DNA of 64,000 nucleotides from Latescibacteria bacterium UBA6620 (GTDB taxonomy: Bacteria; Latescibacterota; UBA2968), in contig DJHM01000042.1 in NCBI GenBank assembly GCA_002433075.1, forward strand, positions 2,804 through 66,803, given 5' to 3'. Position numbers and translations under genes: made by a program. The notes below the pieces were generated by a model. It saw only the letters and a program-made list of their open reading frames with translations. It ran no database searches and was not told the DNA's origin. This document shows positions 9,955 through 20,526 of the stretch, one piece after another; positions within the stretch are counted from its first letter, which is position 1; every line of letters begins with the position of its first letter.

Positions 9955-10950
9955 ATGGAGATGTATTATGAAAAAGACGCCGATCTCGGGCTCCTGAGCG
10001 ACAAGACCGTGGCCGTCCTCGGCTTCGGGAGCCAAGGACACGCCCACGCGCTCAACCTGCACGACAGCGGTGTCAAGGTCGTCGTCGGCCTGCGCGAAGG
10101 CAGCGCGTCGCGTAAACACGCCTCCGACGAGGGTCTCGAAGTCGTCTCCCCCGCAGACGCGGCGGCCGCAGGCGATATCATCATGGTCCTCGTGCCCGAC
10201 GAGCATCAGCGAACCGTTTTTCAGACCGACATCAAGCCGGGCCTCAAGGCAGGCAATGCCCTTGCATTCGCCCACGGGTTCAACATCCACTACGGTCAGG
10301 TCGTGCCTCCCCCCGACGTCGACGTTTTCATGATCGCCCCCAAGGGCCCGGGACACCTGGTTCGTCGCGTATTCTCCCAGGGCGGAGGTGTCCCCTGCCT
10401 GATCGCCGTCGAGCAGGATGCGACCGGCAAGGCCAAGGAAATCGGGCTCGCCTACGGGAAGGGCATCGGAGGCGCACGCGCGGGGATTATCGAGACCACG
10501 TTCCGCGAAGAGACCGAGACCGACCTGTTCGGAGAACAATCCGTTCTATGCGGCGGCCTGACCGAGCTGATTCGAGCAGGATTCGACACACTCGTCGAAG
10601 CCGGCTACCAACCCGAAATCGCCTACTTCGAGTGCTTGCACGAGGTCAAACTCATCGTAGACCTCATCTACGAGGGCGGCATCGCAAACATGCGGTCTTC
10701 CATCTCAGACACGGCCGAATACGGCGACCTGACCCGAGGACAGCGCATCATCACCGATGAGACCCGCACGGAAATGAAGCGCATTCTGAACGACATCCAA
10801 TCCGGCCAGTTCCCACGGGAGTGGCTCGTTGAGAACCAAGTTGGGCGCCCGCTCTACAACGCCCGCAAGCGCCAGGACCAGGAGCACCTGATCGAGGAAG
10901 TCGGTACGAAACTGAGGGGCATGATGTCCTGGCTGGAACAGGACGGCTAA
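9955..10950 (+). CDS. ilvC: Ketol-acid reductoisomerase.
   Basis: N-terminus [31 protein letters not shown] (NADPH Rossmann fold). Class I length, about 330 aa. Confidence 0.93.
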   Translation: MEMYYEKDADLGLLSDKTVAVLGFGSQGHAHALNLHDSGVKVVVGLREGSASRKHASDEGLEVVSPADAAAAGDIIMVLVPDEHQRTVFQTDIKPGLKAGNALAFAHGFNIHYGQVVPPPDVDVFMIAPKGPGHLVRRVFSQGGGVPCLIAVEQDATGKAKEIGLAYGKGIGGARAGIIETTFREETETDLFGEQSVLCGGLTELIRAGFDTLVEAGYQPEIAYFECLHEVKLIVDLIYEGGIANMRSSISDTAEYGDLTRGQRIITDETRTEMKRILNDIQSGQFPREWLVENQVGRPLYNARKRQDQEHLIEEVGTKLRGMMSWLEQDG

Positions 10951-11130
10951 CAGTCCATTAAGACCCGACACAGGCGACGCACTTGAAGGAGGTGAGGCAG
11001 ATGGAATCCGACCTTTCAGACCTTACGGGCACACAGAACAGATTCAACCTCGTACGGCGGGTTGATCGATGTGTGGCAAGGTTCCACCTGCCTGCCCCAT
11101 TCAGCTCCCGAAATCAGGAGTAGCAGACCC

Positions 11131-12681
11131 ATGGATCAGAACACCAAAGACCAGGTCGTCATTTTCGACACCACGTTGAGGGACGCCGAACAAACGCCCG
11201 GATGCTCGCTGACGACGCGTGAAAAACTCGAAATTGCCCATCAGCTGGCGCGTCTGAACGTCGACGTCATTGAGGCCGGTTTCCCCGTTTCGTCGAACGA
11301 AGACTTCGAGGCGGTTAAACGCATCGCGAACGAGGTCGAAGGCCCCCGGATCTGCGGTCTGGCCCGCGCGGTCAGGCTCGACATCGAACGTGCCGGAGAA
11401 GCTCTGGCCGGCGCCCCGAAGACGCGGCTGCATACGTTCATCGGCAGTTCGCCCCAGCATCGTGCCATGATGAGAAAATCGCCTGAGGAAGTCCTCAAAA
11501 TGGCCGTCGATGCCGTCGAGCTTGCCCGGGCTCAATGCGAGAACGTCGAGTTCTCCCCGATGGATGCGGTCCGTACCGAGCCGGATTATCTGTACGAGAT
11601 GGTTGAAGCCACCATCGCCACCGGCGCTACGACGATCAACATTCCGGACACCGTCGGATACGCCGTCCCGGACCAGTTCGGACAGCTCATCGCGGATATC
11701 ATCTCCCACGTGGGGAACGTCGATGACGCGATCATCAGCGTGCACTGTCACGACGACTTGGGGATGGCCGTCTCCAATTCCCTGACCGCCCTGAAGCGCG
11801 GAGCCCGTCAGGCGGAGTGCACGATCAACGGTCTGGGCGAACGCGCGGGCAATGCGTCGCTCGAAGAGATCGTGATGGCCGTCCTCACCCGGGGCGACTA
11901 TTTCGGCATCGCCTGTGATGTCAACCCAAAAGAGATCATCAACACGAGCCGCCTCGTTTCCCGGCTGATGAACGTCAGCGTCCCCCCCAACAAAGCCATC
12001 GTCGGGGCGAACGCGTTCGCGCACAGTTCGGGCATCCACCAGGACGGCGTCCTCAAAAGCCGCGACAACTTCGAAATTATGGCTCCCCAGGATGTCGGTC
12101 TGGAGCAGACACAGATCGTCCTGACGGCGCGTTCGGGTCGCCACGCCCTGCGCCATCGCCTGGAGGAACTGGGCTACGAGCTCTCTCCCGAAGACATCGA
12201 AAAAGCCTACGAGCGGTTCATCGTCGTCGCCGACAAGAAGAAGGAAGTGTTCGACGAGGATCTCATCGCCATCGTCAGCGACGAGCTTACCGACATCCCG
12301 GAAAAATATCACCTCGAGTATATGCACACCGTCAGCGGCACCGGAATGGTCCCCTCCGCCACCATCCGGCTCACCATCGACGGAAACAGCGAGGTGCAGG
12401 AATCCGCCTGGGGTGACGGCCCTGTCGACGCCGCGTACAAGGCGGTCAAGACTGCTGCGGGCACGGAGGCTCGGGTCGAGCAATACGCCATCCAGGCCAT
12501 CACGAGCGGGGCCGAGGCCCTCGGTGAGGTCACAGTGCGACTGAGCGAAGGAGGACGCGCGGCAACCGGCCGGGCCGTGTCGACCGACGTCATCGAGGCG
12601 AGCGTCAAAGCCTACATAGACGGCCTCAACCGGCTGGAGATTCAAGCCGGTATTCAACGCCAGCGCGCCGAGGCCGTGTAG
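11131..12681 (+). CDS. leuA: 2-isopropylmalate synthase.
   Basis: [12 protein letters not shown] and HxH motifs with a C-terminal LeuA regulatory domain. The start is reassigned to the ATG at 11131, which is preceded by caggag. The 537-aa ORF on the opposite strand is rejected. Confidence 0.88.
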   Translation: MDQNTKDQVVIFDTTLRDAEQTPGCSLTTREKLEIAHQLARLNVDVIEAGFPVSSNEDFEAVKRIANEVEGPRICGLARAVRLDIERAGEALAGAPKTRLHTFIGSSPQHRAMMRKSPEEVLKMAVDAVELARAQCENVEFSPMDAVRTEPDYLYEMVEATIATGATTINIPDTVGYAVPDQFGQLIADIISHVGNVDDAIISVHCHDDLGMAVSNSLTALKRGARQAECTINGLGERAGNASLEEIVMAVLTRGDYFGIACDVNPKEIINTSRLVSRLMNVSVPPNKAIVGANAFAHSSGIHQDGVLKSRDNFEIMAPQDVGLEQTQIVLTARSGRHALRHRLEELGYELSPEDIEKAYERFIVVADKKKEVFDEDLIAIVSDELTDIPEKYHLEYMHTVSGTGMVPSATIRLTIDGNSEVQESAWGDGPVDAAYKAVKTAAGTEARVEQYAIQAITSGAEALGEVTVRLSEGGRAATGRAVSTDVIEASVKAYIDGLNRLEIQAGIQRQRAEAV

Positions 12682-12691
12682 GGGAACGTCG

Positions 12692-14092
12692 ATGGGAAAA
12701 CCACTGTTCAACAAAGTCTGGGATGCGCACGCAGTCCGTAGGTTGCCTTCGGGAAAAACACAGCTGTTCGTTGGACTCCACCTGGTTCACGAAGTCACCA
12801 GTCCTCAGGCCTTCGACATGATGCGCGAGAGCGGTCTCGAAGTCGCCTACCCGGACCGCACCTTCGCAACCGTCGACCACATCGTGCCCACAGATGTTCG
12901 GACACGCCCGTTCGCCGACGAAATGGCTGAGCAAATGATGGTCGCGATCGAGAAAAACGCTGATGAGTTCGAGATCCCTCTGTTCGACATGAACGACGAC
13001 CGTCAAGGCATCGTTCACGTCATCGGTCCCGAGTTGGGACTGAGCCAGCCCGGAATGACGATCGCCTGCGGGGACAGCCATACGTCAACCCACGGGGCCT
13101 TCGGAGCCATCGCCTTCGGCATCGGCACTTCACAGGTAAGGGATGTGCTTGCCACACAATGCCTTGCGATGGATCCCCTGAAGGTTCGCCTCATAAAGGT
13201 CGACGGGGACCTCGCCGACGGCGTCTACGCCAAAGACGTCGTACTCAACGTCATCCGCCAGTTGGGCGTCAAGGGCGGCGTGGGGTATGCCTACGAGTTC
13301 GGGGGCGACACCCTGGCTCGGATGTCGATGGAAGGCAGAATGTCGATCTGCAATATGTCGATCGAAGGCGGGGCGCGAGCCGGATACGTCAACCCCGACC
13401 AGACGACCTTCGACTATCTGGAGGGACGCCCTCACAGTCCAGCCGGAGATGCATTCGAACGAGCGGTCGACTGGTGGACGTCTATCGCATCTGACGAGGA
13501 TGCCGACTACGACGACGTCTACGATCTCGACGCCGCATCGATAGAACCGACCGTCACCTGGGGCATTACCCCCGGACAGGCCATTGGCGTAAGTGAAAAG
13601 GTCCCCGCCCTTACCGACCTGCAGGACGACGATCGGGATGTCGCGTGCGAAGCCTACGATTACATGGATTTCCAGCCCGGCCATCCCATCGCGGGAACCA
13701 GAATTGACGTCGCCTTCATCGGGTCGTGCACGAACAGCCGGATCTCCGACCTTCGTGAAGCGGCCCGAGTCGCCAAGGGCCGCAAGGTCGCCAGCCACGT
13801 CAAGCCGCTTGTCGTTCCCGGTTCAAAGAACGTGCTCGAAGCGGCCGAGGCAGAGGGCCTGCACGAAATTTTCATTGAGGCCGGGTTCGAATGGCGAAGC
13901 GCCGGATGTTCGATGTGTCTTGCCATGAACCCCGACAAACTTCAAGGCCGTCAGATTTCGGCCTCGTCCAGCAATCGAAATTTCAAGGGTCGTCAGGGAA
14001 GCCCAACGGGGCGCACGCTCCTGATGAGCCCCGCAATGGTCGCGGCCGCCGCGATCGCGGGTGAGATCACCGACGTTCGGCAAATGCTGTAA
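12692..14092 (+). CDS. leuC: 3-isopropylmalate dehydratase large subunit.
   Basis: Aconitase-family protein with an N-terminus typical of LeuC ([11 protein letters not shown]...[13 protein letters not shown]) and a Cys cluster (GSCTNS). Confidence 0.92.
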   Translation: MGKPLFNKVWDAHAVRRLPSGKTQLFVGLHLVHEVTSPQAFDMMRESGLEVAYPDRTFATVDHIVPTDVRTRPFADEMAEQMMVAIEKNADEFEIPLFDMNDDRQGIVHVIGPELGLSQPGMTIACGDSHTSTHGAFGAIAFGIGTSQVRDVLATQCLAMDPLKVRLIKVDGDLADGVYAKDVVLNVIRQLGVKGGVGYAYEFGGDTLARMSMEGRMSICNMSIEGGARAGYVNPDQTTFDYLEGRPHSPAGDAFERAVDWWTSIASDEDADYDDVYDLDAASIEPTVTWGITPGQAIGVSEKVPALTDLQDDDRDVACEAYDYMDFQPGHPIAGTRIDVAFIGSCTNSRISDLREAARVAKGRKVASHVKPLVVPGSKNVLEAAEAEGLHEIFIEAGFEWRSAGCSMCLAMNPDKLQGRQISASSSNRNFKGRQGSPTGRTLLMSPAMVAAAAIAGEITDVRQML

Positions 14093-14106
14093 ACACCGAG
14101 GAAAAC

Positions 14107-14709
14107 ATGCCTGCTTCTTCCATCAGCCAGGTCGCAGGTCCCGGAATCGCTCTCCGCGGGAGCGACATCGACACGGATCGCATTATCCCGGCGCGTTTCC
14201 TGCGAATGATTACGTTCGACGGACTTGGCGATCACGCCTTTGAAGACGACAGAAAGTCCAACCCAGAACACCCATTCAACGACGGCCGGTTTCGAGACGC
14301 TGCAGTGCTCGTAGCGAACGGCAACTTCGGGTGCGGATCATCCCGCGAACACGCGCCCCAAGCTCTTCAGCGTTGGGGAATCCAGGCGATCGTGGGCGAG
14401 TCGTTCGCGGAGATCTTCCAGGGCAATTGCACGGTAATGGGCATCCCCTGCGTAACCGCATCTTCCGCAGATGTGGCGAAACTCCAGGATGCCGTCGAAG
14501 CCGACCCCTCGCAGCCTCTGGATGTGGACCTAGCGAAGAAGACCGTCACCTGCGGGAACCTGGTCACGCAAGTCGACCTGCCGGAGGGAAACCGCGTGTC
14601 CCTGCTCGAAGGAGCGTGGGATGCGACAGGTATGCTTCTGGAGGGCGCCGACGCTGTCAGGGAGGTGGCGAACAGCCTCCCCTACGCACGCGGATTCGAG
14701 CGGGACTGA
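14107..14709 (+). CDS. leuD: 3-isopropylmalate dehydratase small subunit.
   Basis: About 200-aa aconitase swivel domain with the GDNIDTDRIIPARFL-like motif. Confidence 0.9.
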   Translation: MPASSISQVAGPGIALRGSDIDTDRIIPARFLRMITFDGLGDHAFEDDRKSNPEHPFNDGRFRDAAVLVANGNFGCGSSREHAPQALQRWGIQAIVGESFAEIFQGNCTVMGIPCVTASSADVAKLQDAVEADPSQPLDVDLAKKTVTCGNLVTQVDLPEGNRVSLLEGAWDATGMLLEGADAVREVANSLPYARGFERD

Positions 14710-14798
14710 AACCAGCGATTCATGTGGGACGGAATCCCGCGAATCTTGCGGACTGAATCATCACGAAATCTGTACTAACAGCTTGATCGGAGGAATAC

Positions 14799-15860
14799 GT
14801 GGCGCATCAGATCGGAGTCATTCCCGGGGACGGAACCGGGCCTGAGGTGACCGTCGAAGCCCTCAAGTGCCTGGAGGCGGCTTCGGCGAAGTTCGGGTTC
14901 AAGTACGAGACGACAGAATTCGACTTTGGGGGCGATCGCTACAAACGTACGGGCGAAACCTTGCCCGACGAGGCGCTCGACGACCTCCGTGGGTTCAGGG
15001 CCATTCTGCTCGGAGCCATCGGCCACCCGGACGTCAAGCCAGGCATCCTAGAAAAAGGCATCCTCCTCAAGGCCCGCTTTGCTCTCGATCAGTACATCAA
15101 CCTTCGACCGGTCAAGCTCTACCCCAACGTCGATTGCCCCCTCAAGGACAAGACTCCGGACGATATCGACTTTGTCGTCGTCCGCGAGAATACGGAAGGT
15201 CTTTACGCGGGTGCGGGCGGCTATCTGAAACAGGGAACGCCCGACGAAATCGCCGTCCAGGAATCGATCAACACCCGCAAGGGCGTCGAACGGTGCCTGC
15301 GCTATGCGTTTGAATTGACCCGCAAGCGCGACAAGGAAAAGACCCTCACGCTTTGCGGAAAAACCAATGTCCTCACCTTCGCGTTCGATATGTGGGAACG
15401 GGCCTTCCACGAAATTGGCGACGCCGAATTCCCGGACATCAAGCGGGATTACGCGCACGTCGACGCGACGGTGATGTGGATGGTCAAGAATCCCGAGTGG
15501 TTCGACGTCATTGTGACCGATAATATGTTTGGCGACATCATCACCGACCTGGGGGCGATGGTTCAGGGCGGCATGGGGGTCGCGGCAGGCGGCAACATTA
15601 ACCCCGAAGGCGTATCGATGTTCGAACCCATCGGAGGTTCCGCGCCCAAGTACACGGGCCAGAACGTCATCAACCCCATCGCCTGCATTTCCGCCTGCCA
15701 GATGATGCTTGATACGCTGGGCGAGGCTGAAGCCGCCGCAGCTGTCGAGAAAGCCATTATCGATGTGGTCGGCACCAAGCTGAAAAGCATGTCCGCAGGA
15801 AGAATGGGGTACAGCACGACAGAAGTTGGAGATCTCGTCGCGGAAGCCATCGCATCATAG
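14799..15860 (+). CDS. leuB: 3-isopropylmalate dehydrogenase.
   Basis: Isocitrate/isopropylmalate dehydrogenase family with a GDGTGPEV N-terminus, sited inside the leu operon. GTG start preceded by ggagga. Confidence 0.85.
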   Translation: MAHQIGVIPGDGTGPEVTVEALKCLEAASAKFGFKYETTEFDFGGDRYKRTGETLPDEALDDLRGFRAILLGAIGHPDVKPGILEKGILLKARFALDQYINLRPVKLYPNVDCPLKDKTPDDIDFVVVRENTEGLYAGAGGYLKQGTPDEIAVQESINTRKGVERCLRYAFELTRKRDKEKTLTLCGKTNVLTFAFDMWERAFHEIGDAEFPDIKRDYAHVDATVMWMVKNPEWFDVIVTDNMFGDIITDLGAMVQGGMGVAAGGNINPEGVSMFEPIGGSAPKYTGQNVINPIACISACQMMLDTLGEAEAAAAVEKAIIDVVGTKLKSMSAGRMGYSTTEVGDLVAEAIAS

Positions 15861-15915
15861 ACTTGCCGCGAGATCCTACCTGTACATTGAGAGCGAACCA
15901 ATTGGGGGAAAGAAA

Positions 15916-16266
15916 ATGGCCGAAGTGACTGTCTACCACAACGAGCGCTGAAGCAAATCACGCGGCGCGCTGGACATCCTGCGCGAGCGAGGCGTCGAGT
16001 TCGACGTCATCGAATACATCGAGAACCCCGTCGCTGAATCCGACCTGCGCAGGTTTCTCGATTTGCTGTCCGTGGAACCCAAGGAAATGCTGCATTCGGG
16101 CGCTTTCAATGACCTGGGCCGAAACATCGAGGACTACAACACCCCCGACGCACTCGTCGGACTTCTCCTCGAACATCCCGAGGTCATGAACCGCCCCATC
16201 TGTGTGCGCGGCGACTGGGCCGTCATCGCCCGCCCGGCGGAAAGGGTGAACGAAATCCTGGACTGA
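15916..16266 (+). CDS. ArsC/Spx-family thiol reductase with an in-frame TGA at the catalytic-Cys codon. Candidate selenoprotein (Sec12).
   Basis: MAEVTVYHNER-TGA-SKSRGALDILRERGVEFDVIEYIENP... aligns with E. coli ArsC MSNITIYHNPACGTSRNTLEMI. The TGA at 15949-15951 replaces Cys12, and the frame is conserved for a further 104 codons up to the stop at 16266. A GC-rich hairpin begins about 16 nt after the TGA. Confidence 0.6.
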
Positions 16267-16468
16267 TTTGGCCGCGTCTTCATTCATCGCTCCATGGTTG
16301 GCCCGAAGAGAGATCGTCGTATGCATCAGTATTGGACTCGCGGTCATTGCCGTCCTGGGGGTCCTGATCAAAGAAGAGGCAACGTAGACTCTTGCAACGC
16401 GTAATCGACACGAAAACGAGGTGGGATCATCCGGGCGGGGTTTCCTGCCCGGACGCCATTGGACGCGC

Positions 16469-18145
16469 ATGGATCCTTTCGTGCGCTCACTTCTCACTCG
16501 ATCTCAGGAGTATCTGACCGTGTCCGATTACGTACAAATCTACGACTCGACCCTGCGGGATGGCTCGCAGGCCGAAGACATTGCCTTCTCACTCGATGAC
16601 AAGCTCCTCATCACGCAGCGACTCGACGACCTCAGCGTGGACTACGTCGAAGGGGGCTGGCCGAATCCTACCAATCCCAAAGACCTGGAGTATTTCGTCC
16701 GAGCATCCAAGCTCGATCTGTCACACACGCGCATCGCCGCGTTTGGTAGCACGCGAAGGGCCGGGAACTCACCCGAGGAGGACGACACCCTCAACACGCT
16801 TCTGGGCGCCGAGACTGAAGTCGTCACCATCTTCGGGAAGACCTGGGACCTTCACGTCAGGGACGTCCTTCGTGTCGACCTCGACCAGAACGTAGCCCTC
16901 ATCGAAGACTCCGTCGCTTACCTCAAGTCGCATGGTCGCGAAGTCATCTATGACGCCGAGCACTTCTTCGACGGTTACAAGGCCGACCCCGATTACGCGC
17001 TTCGAACGCTCAAAGTAGCGGAGAACGGAGGGGCGGACCGGCTCGTCCTCTGTGACACGAACGGGGGCACAATGCCGGGCGAGCTTCGCGAAATCATTCT
17101 CGCCATCCGGGAAAGCCTGACCGTAGCCTTCGGCGTGCACGCGCACAACGATGCAGGTATGGGGGTCGCCAACAGCGTCATCGCGGTCGAACTCGGGGCC
17201 GGGCACGTCCAGGGCACGTTCAACGGGTACGGAGAACGGTGCGGCAACGCGAACCTTTGCGGCGTGATCCCGAACCTTCAGATCAAGTTGAACAAGCATT
17301 GGAAGGGTGCCGACCGGCTGGGCGATCTCATGGAATTTTCACGCTTCCTGAGCGAGATCGCCAACGTCTACCACGACCACCGTCAGCCCTACGTCGGTGA
17401 GAGTGCGTTCGCCCACAAGGGCGGGGTTCACATCGACGCGATGTACAAGGAGCCCTCTTCTTACGAGCATTGCGAGCCGGAGGTCGTAGGCAATCAACGC
17501 CGCTTTCTTCTGTCCGAGCAGTCCGGCGGAGCCACGGTCGCCGCCAAGCTCGAGGAAGCCAAACTCGACCACCTCATTCCCGGACTCGACAAGCGACACC
17601 CCTCCGTCGTCGAGCTCCTCCAACGAGTCAAGCAGCTCGAAAATGAAGGCTACATGTTCGAGGGTGCCGAGGCTTCCTTCGAGATCCTCGCACGCAAGGC
17701 ACTCGGCTCCTTTACCGACCCGTTCAGGCTGATCGGATTCCGCACCATCAATCGTAAGTCGGACTCCGGCACGGAAGTCGAGGCCATCGTCAAACTCGAA
17801 ATCGACGGACGGCTCTACCACACCGTCGCCGACGGGGACGGACCCGTCAACGCCCTCGACGCCGCCTTGAGACAAGCTCTGGAGAAGGAGTATCCCATCC
17901 TCCACGACGTCCATCTCGAGGACTACAAAGTACGCGTCCTCAGCGGAAGGGACGGAACCGCGGCCAAGGTGCGCGTCCTCATCGAATCGTCGGACGGAAA
18001 ACGGGTGTGGAGTACGATTGGCGTTTCGGAGAACATCATCGACGCCAGCTGGCTGGCCCTCGTCGACAGCCTCAGCTACAAGCTGATGATCGAGGGGAAG
18101 CTGAGGGGAGAAAGCGTCCTGCCGAAGGGCGAAGCCGCGGACTGA
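16469..18145 (+). CDS. cimA: (R)-citramalate synthase (LeuA-related, TIGR00977-like).
   Basis: YDSTLRDGSQAE...VEGGWPNPTNPKDLEYF matches the Geobacter-type CimA/LeuA type 2. It is the second IPMS-family gene in the operon. The start is set at MDPFV. Confidence 0.7.
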   Translation: MDPFVRSLLTRSQEYLTVSDYVQIYDSTLRDGSQAEDIAFSLDDKLLITQRLDDLSVDYVEGGWPNPTNPKDLEYFVRASKLDLSHTRIAAFGSTRRAGNSPEEDDTLNTLLGAETEVVTIFGKTWDLHVRDVLRVDLDQNVALIEDSVAYLKSHGREVIYDAEHFFDGYKADPDYALRTLKVAENGGADRLVLCDTNGGTMPGELREIILAIRESLTVAFGVHAHNDAGMGVANSVIAVELGAGHVQGTFNGYGERCGNANLCGVIPNLQIKLNKHWKGADRLGDLMEFSRFLSEIANVYHDHRQPYVGESAFAHKGGVHIDAMYKEPSSYEHCEPEVVGNQRRFLLSEQSGGATVAAKLEEAKLDHLIPGLDKRHPSVVELLQRVKQLENEGYMFEGAEASFEILARKALGSFTDPFRLIGFRTINRKSDSGTEVEAIVKLEIDGRLYHTVADGDGPVNALDAALRQALEKEYPILHDVHLEDYKVRVLSGRDGTAAKVRVLIESSDGKRVWSTIGVSENIIDASWLALVDSLSYKLMIEGKLRGESVLPKGEAAD

Positions 18146-18152
18146 GTCGACC

Positions 18153-19325
18153 ATGCAAATCCACTCACGACGAATCGAGCGCCTGCCGCCCTACGTGTTC
18201 AGCCAGATCAATGCCAGAAAGATGGAGCTGCGCAGGCAGGGCACCGACATCATCGACCTCGGCATGGGAGACCCCGATCAGCCCACGCCTCAGCACATCA
18301 TCGACAAGCTCAACGAGGTCTCGAAGGACCCAAAGACACACGGGTATTCCCCTTCGACCGGTTTGCCCGCACTACGTCGGGCGATCTGCCGACACTATGA
18401 GCGAAGATTCGGTGTCGACCTCGACCCTGAATCCGAAGCGATCGTCACGATCGGATCCAAGGAAGGCCTTGCCCACATCTGCCTGGCTCTCCTCGATCCC
18501 GGCGATCTGGCCATCGTCCCCAACCCCGCCTATCCTCTACATCTCTACGGGGTCGCCATCGCGAACGGCAACGTCCTGAGCCTCCCCCTCCGACCGGAAA
18601 AAGAGTTCGTCCCCGAGATCCAGATGATCGCACGCGAACTCTGGCCGAAGCCCAAAGTGATGATCTTCAATTTCCCGAACAACCCGACGACGGCCACTGT
18701 CGACATCGGTTTCTTCGAGGAAATCGTCGATTTCGCCCGCCGCCAGAACATCATCGTCATTCACGATATGGCCTACTCCGACATCACGTTCGACGGTTTC
18801 GAGGTGCCCAGCCTCCTCCAGGTCAAGGGCGCCAAGGAAATCGGCGTCGAATTCTACACGATGTCGAAATCTTACAACATGGCGGGGTGGCGCGTCGGTT
18901 TCTGTCTCGGGAACCCCGACGTCATCAAGGCCTTGTCGGTCATCAAGCAGTACTACGATTACGGGGTCTTCACCCCCATCCAGGTGGCCGCCATCGCCGC
19001 TCTCGAAGGGCCACAGACCTGCGTCCGAGATGCGCGCGAGCTCTACCAGAGCCGTCGTGACACCCTCGTCGACGGGCTCTGCCGTATAGGGTGGCCCGTA
19101 CCCACGCCCAGGGCGTCGATGTTCCTTTGGGCGCCCATCCCCGAACGCTACAAGCATATGGGGTCGATGAATTTCTCACTCAAGCTGATGGAAGAAGCGG
19201 AAGTCGCCGTGTCGCCCGGGGTAGGCTTCGGTGACATGGGCGAAGGCTACGTTCGAGTCGGTCTGGTCGAAAACGAGCACCGGATTCGACAGGCGATTCG
19301 AAACATCAAGCGAGTACTGTTCTGA
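18153..19325 (+). CDS. PLP-dependent class I aminotransferase (LL-diaminopimelate or alanine aminotransferase-like).
   Basis: IERLPPYVFSQINARKMELRRQGTDIIDLGMGDPDQPTP N-terminus. The SKSYNMAGWRVG motif carries the PLP lysine. Confidence 0.7.
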   Translation: MQIHSRRIERLPPYVFSQINARKMELRRQGTDIIDLGMGDPDQPTPQHIIDKLNEVSKDPKTHGYSPSTGLPALRRAICRHYERRFGVDLDPESEAIVTIGSKEGLAHICLALLDPGDLAIVPNPAYPLHLYGVAIANGNVLSLPLRPEKEFVPEIQMIARELWPKPKVMIFNFPNNPTTATVDIGFFEEIVDFARRQNIIVIHDMAYSDITFDGFEVPSLLQVKGAKEIGVEFYTMSKSYNMAGWRVGFCLGNPDVIKALSVIKQYYDYGVFTPIQVAAIAALEGPQTCVRDARELYQSRRDTLVDGLCRIGWPVPTPRASMFLWAPIPERYKHMGSMNFSLKLMEEAEVAVSPGVGFGDMGEGYVRVGLVENEHRIRQAIRNIKRVLF

Positions 19326-20524
19326 TGGCCATTCATTTCGAAGAGAACGTCTTTACAGCCCCGACGGGATTTCGTGCGGTCGGTCTTGCGGTTGGCATCA
19401 AAGAGAGTGGGGCAAAGGACCTGGCCTTGATCGTATCAGACCGGGATACGTCGGCCGCGGGTGTGTTCACCACGAACCGCGTCCAGGCAGCCCCTGTTCA
19501 CCTCAACCGCACACACCTTCAGTCCGGAACGGCCCGAGCCATCATAGTCAACAGCGGCAACGCCAATGCTTGTACCGGCAAACCCGGCGATCAGGACGCA
19601 GCCCGCACCGCCCAGGAGTTGGCCAATGCGCTCTCCCTCTCGGCTGAGGATGTCCTCGTCAACTCCACGGGCGTCATCGGCGTCCCTCTGCCGATGGACG
19701 TTCTCCTTAAAGGCGCCCAGGAAGCCGTCAGGGGCCTCGGTGAGGGGGGGTGGGGAGATGCGGCGGAAGCCATCATGACGACGGATACGCGCCCCAAGAC
19801 CGCCTCAGCGACGTTCGTGGTGGAAGAGGCGACGATCACCGTCAGTGGAATGGCCAAAGGGGCGGGCATGATCGCGCCGAACATGGCGACGATGCTTGGA
19901 TTCATCGTCACCGACGCGGACCTTGACCCGGCGGAGCTGCAGAGCCAGCTTTCGAGATCGGTTCAAACTTCGTTCAACTGCATCACCGTCGACGGCGACA
20001 TGAGCACGAATGACACCGTGCTCGCGCTTGCCAATGGTGCCTCCGGATCGTCGCTCTCTGGCGACGATCTCGACGCCTTTGCCGCCGCCCTCGACTGTGT
20101 CTGCACGAGTCTCGCTCGGCAGATCGCCAGAGACGGTGAGGGGGCGACCAAGCTCATCACGATCGAGGTCACAGGCGCACCCGACGCCGACTCCGCCCGG
20201 ACCGTCGGTCTGTCCGTCGCCAACTCCAACCTCGTAAAGACGGCCGTGTTCGGTCGCGATCCAAACTGGGGCCGTATCCTCTGTGCGGCGGGCTACGCCG
20301 GAGTCGATTTCGACGCCGATCGCACCACCGTTTCGATCGTCGGCATCCCCATCTACGCATCGGGGGGCGGTGTCCCCTTCGATCACGAGGCCGCCGTCGA
20401 GGCGCTGGGCGCCGATGAAATCACCATCGATATCGATCTGGGCGCCGGGGATGCCGTGGCCACTCTCTACACCTGCGACCTCACCTACGATTACGTCCGC
20501 ATCAACGCGGAATACACGACCTGA
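19325..20524 (+). CDS. argJ: Bifunctional glutamate N-acetyltransferase / amino-acid acetyltransferase.
   Basis: GFRAVGLAVGIKESGAKDLALIV...TTNRVQAAPV matches ArgJ, and the internal ATMLGFI self-cleavage region is present. About 399 aa. Confidence 0.9.
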   Translation: MAIHFEENVFTAPTGFRAVGLAVGIKESGAKDLALIVSDRDTSAAGVFTTNRVQAAPVHLNRTHLQSGTARAIIVNSGNANACTGKPGDQDAARTAQELANALSLSAEDVLVNSTGVIGVPLPMDVLLKGAQEAVRGLGEGGWGDAAEAIMTTDTRPKTASATFVVEEATITVSGMAKGAGMIAPNMATMLGFIVTDADLDPAELQSQLSRSVQTSFNCITVDGDMSTNDTVLALANGASGSSLSGDDLDAFAAALDCVCTSLARQIARDGEGATKLITIEVTGAPDADSARTVGLSVANSNLVKTAVFGRDPNWGRILCAAGYAGVDFDADRTTVSIVGIPIYASGGGVPFDHEAAVEALGADEITIDIDLGAGDAVATLYTCDLTYDYVRINAEYTT

Positions 20525-20526
20525 CC

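Noticed and set aside
11101-12714. 537-aa ORF antisense to leuA
   Set aside because: It is fully nested opposite a gene with unambiguous LeuA motifs. The composition is that of a GC-rich shadow ORF.
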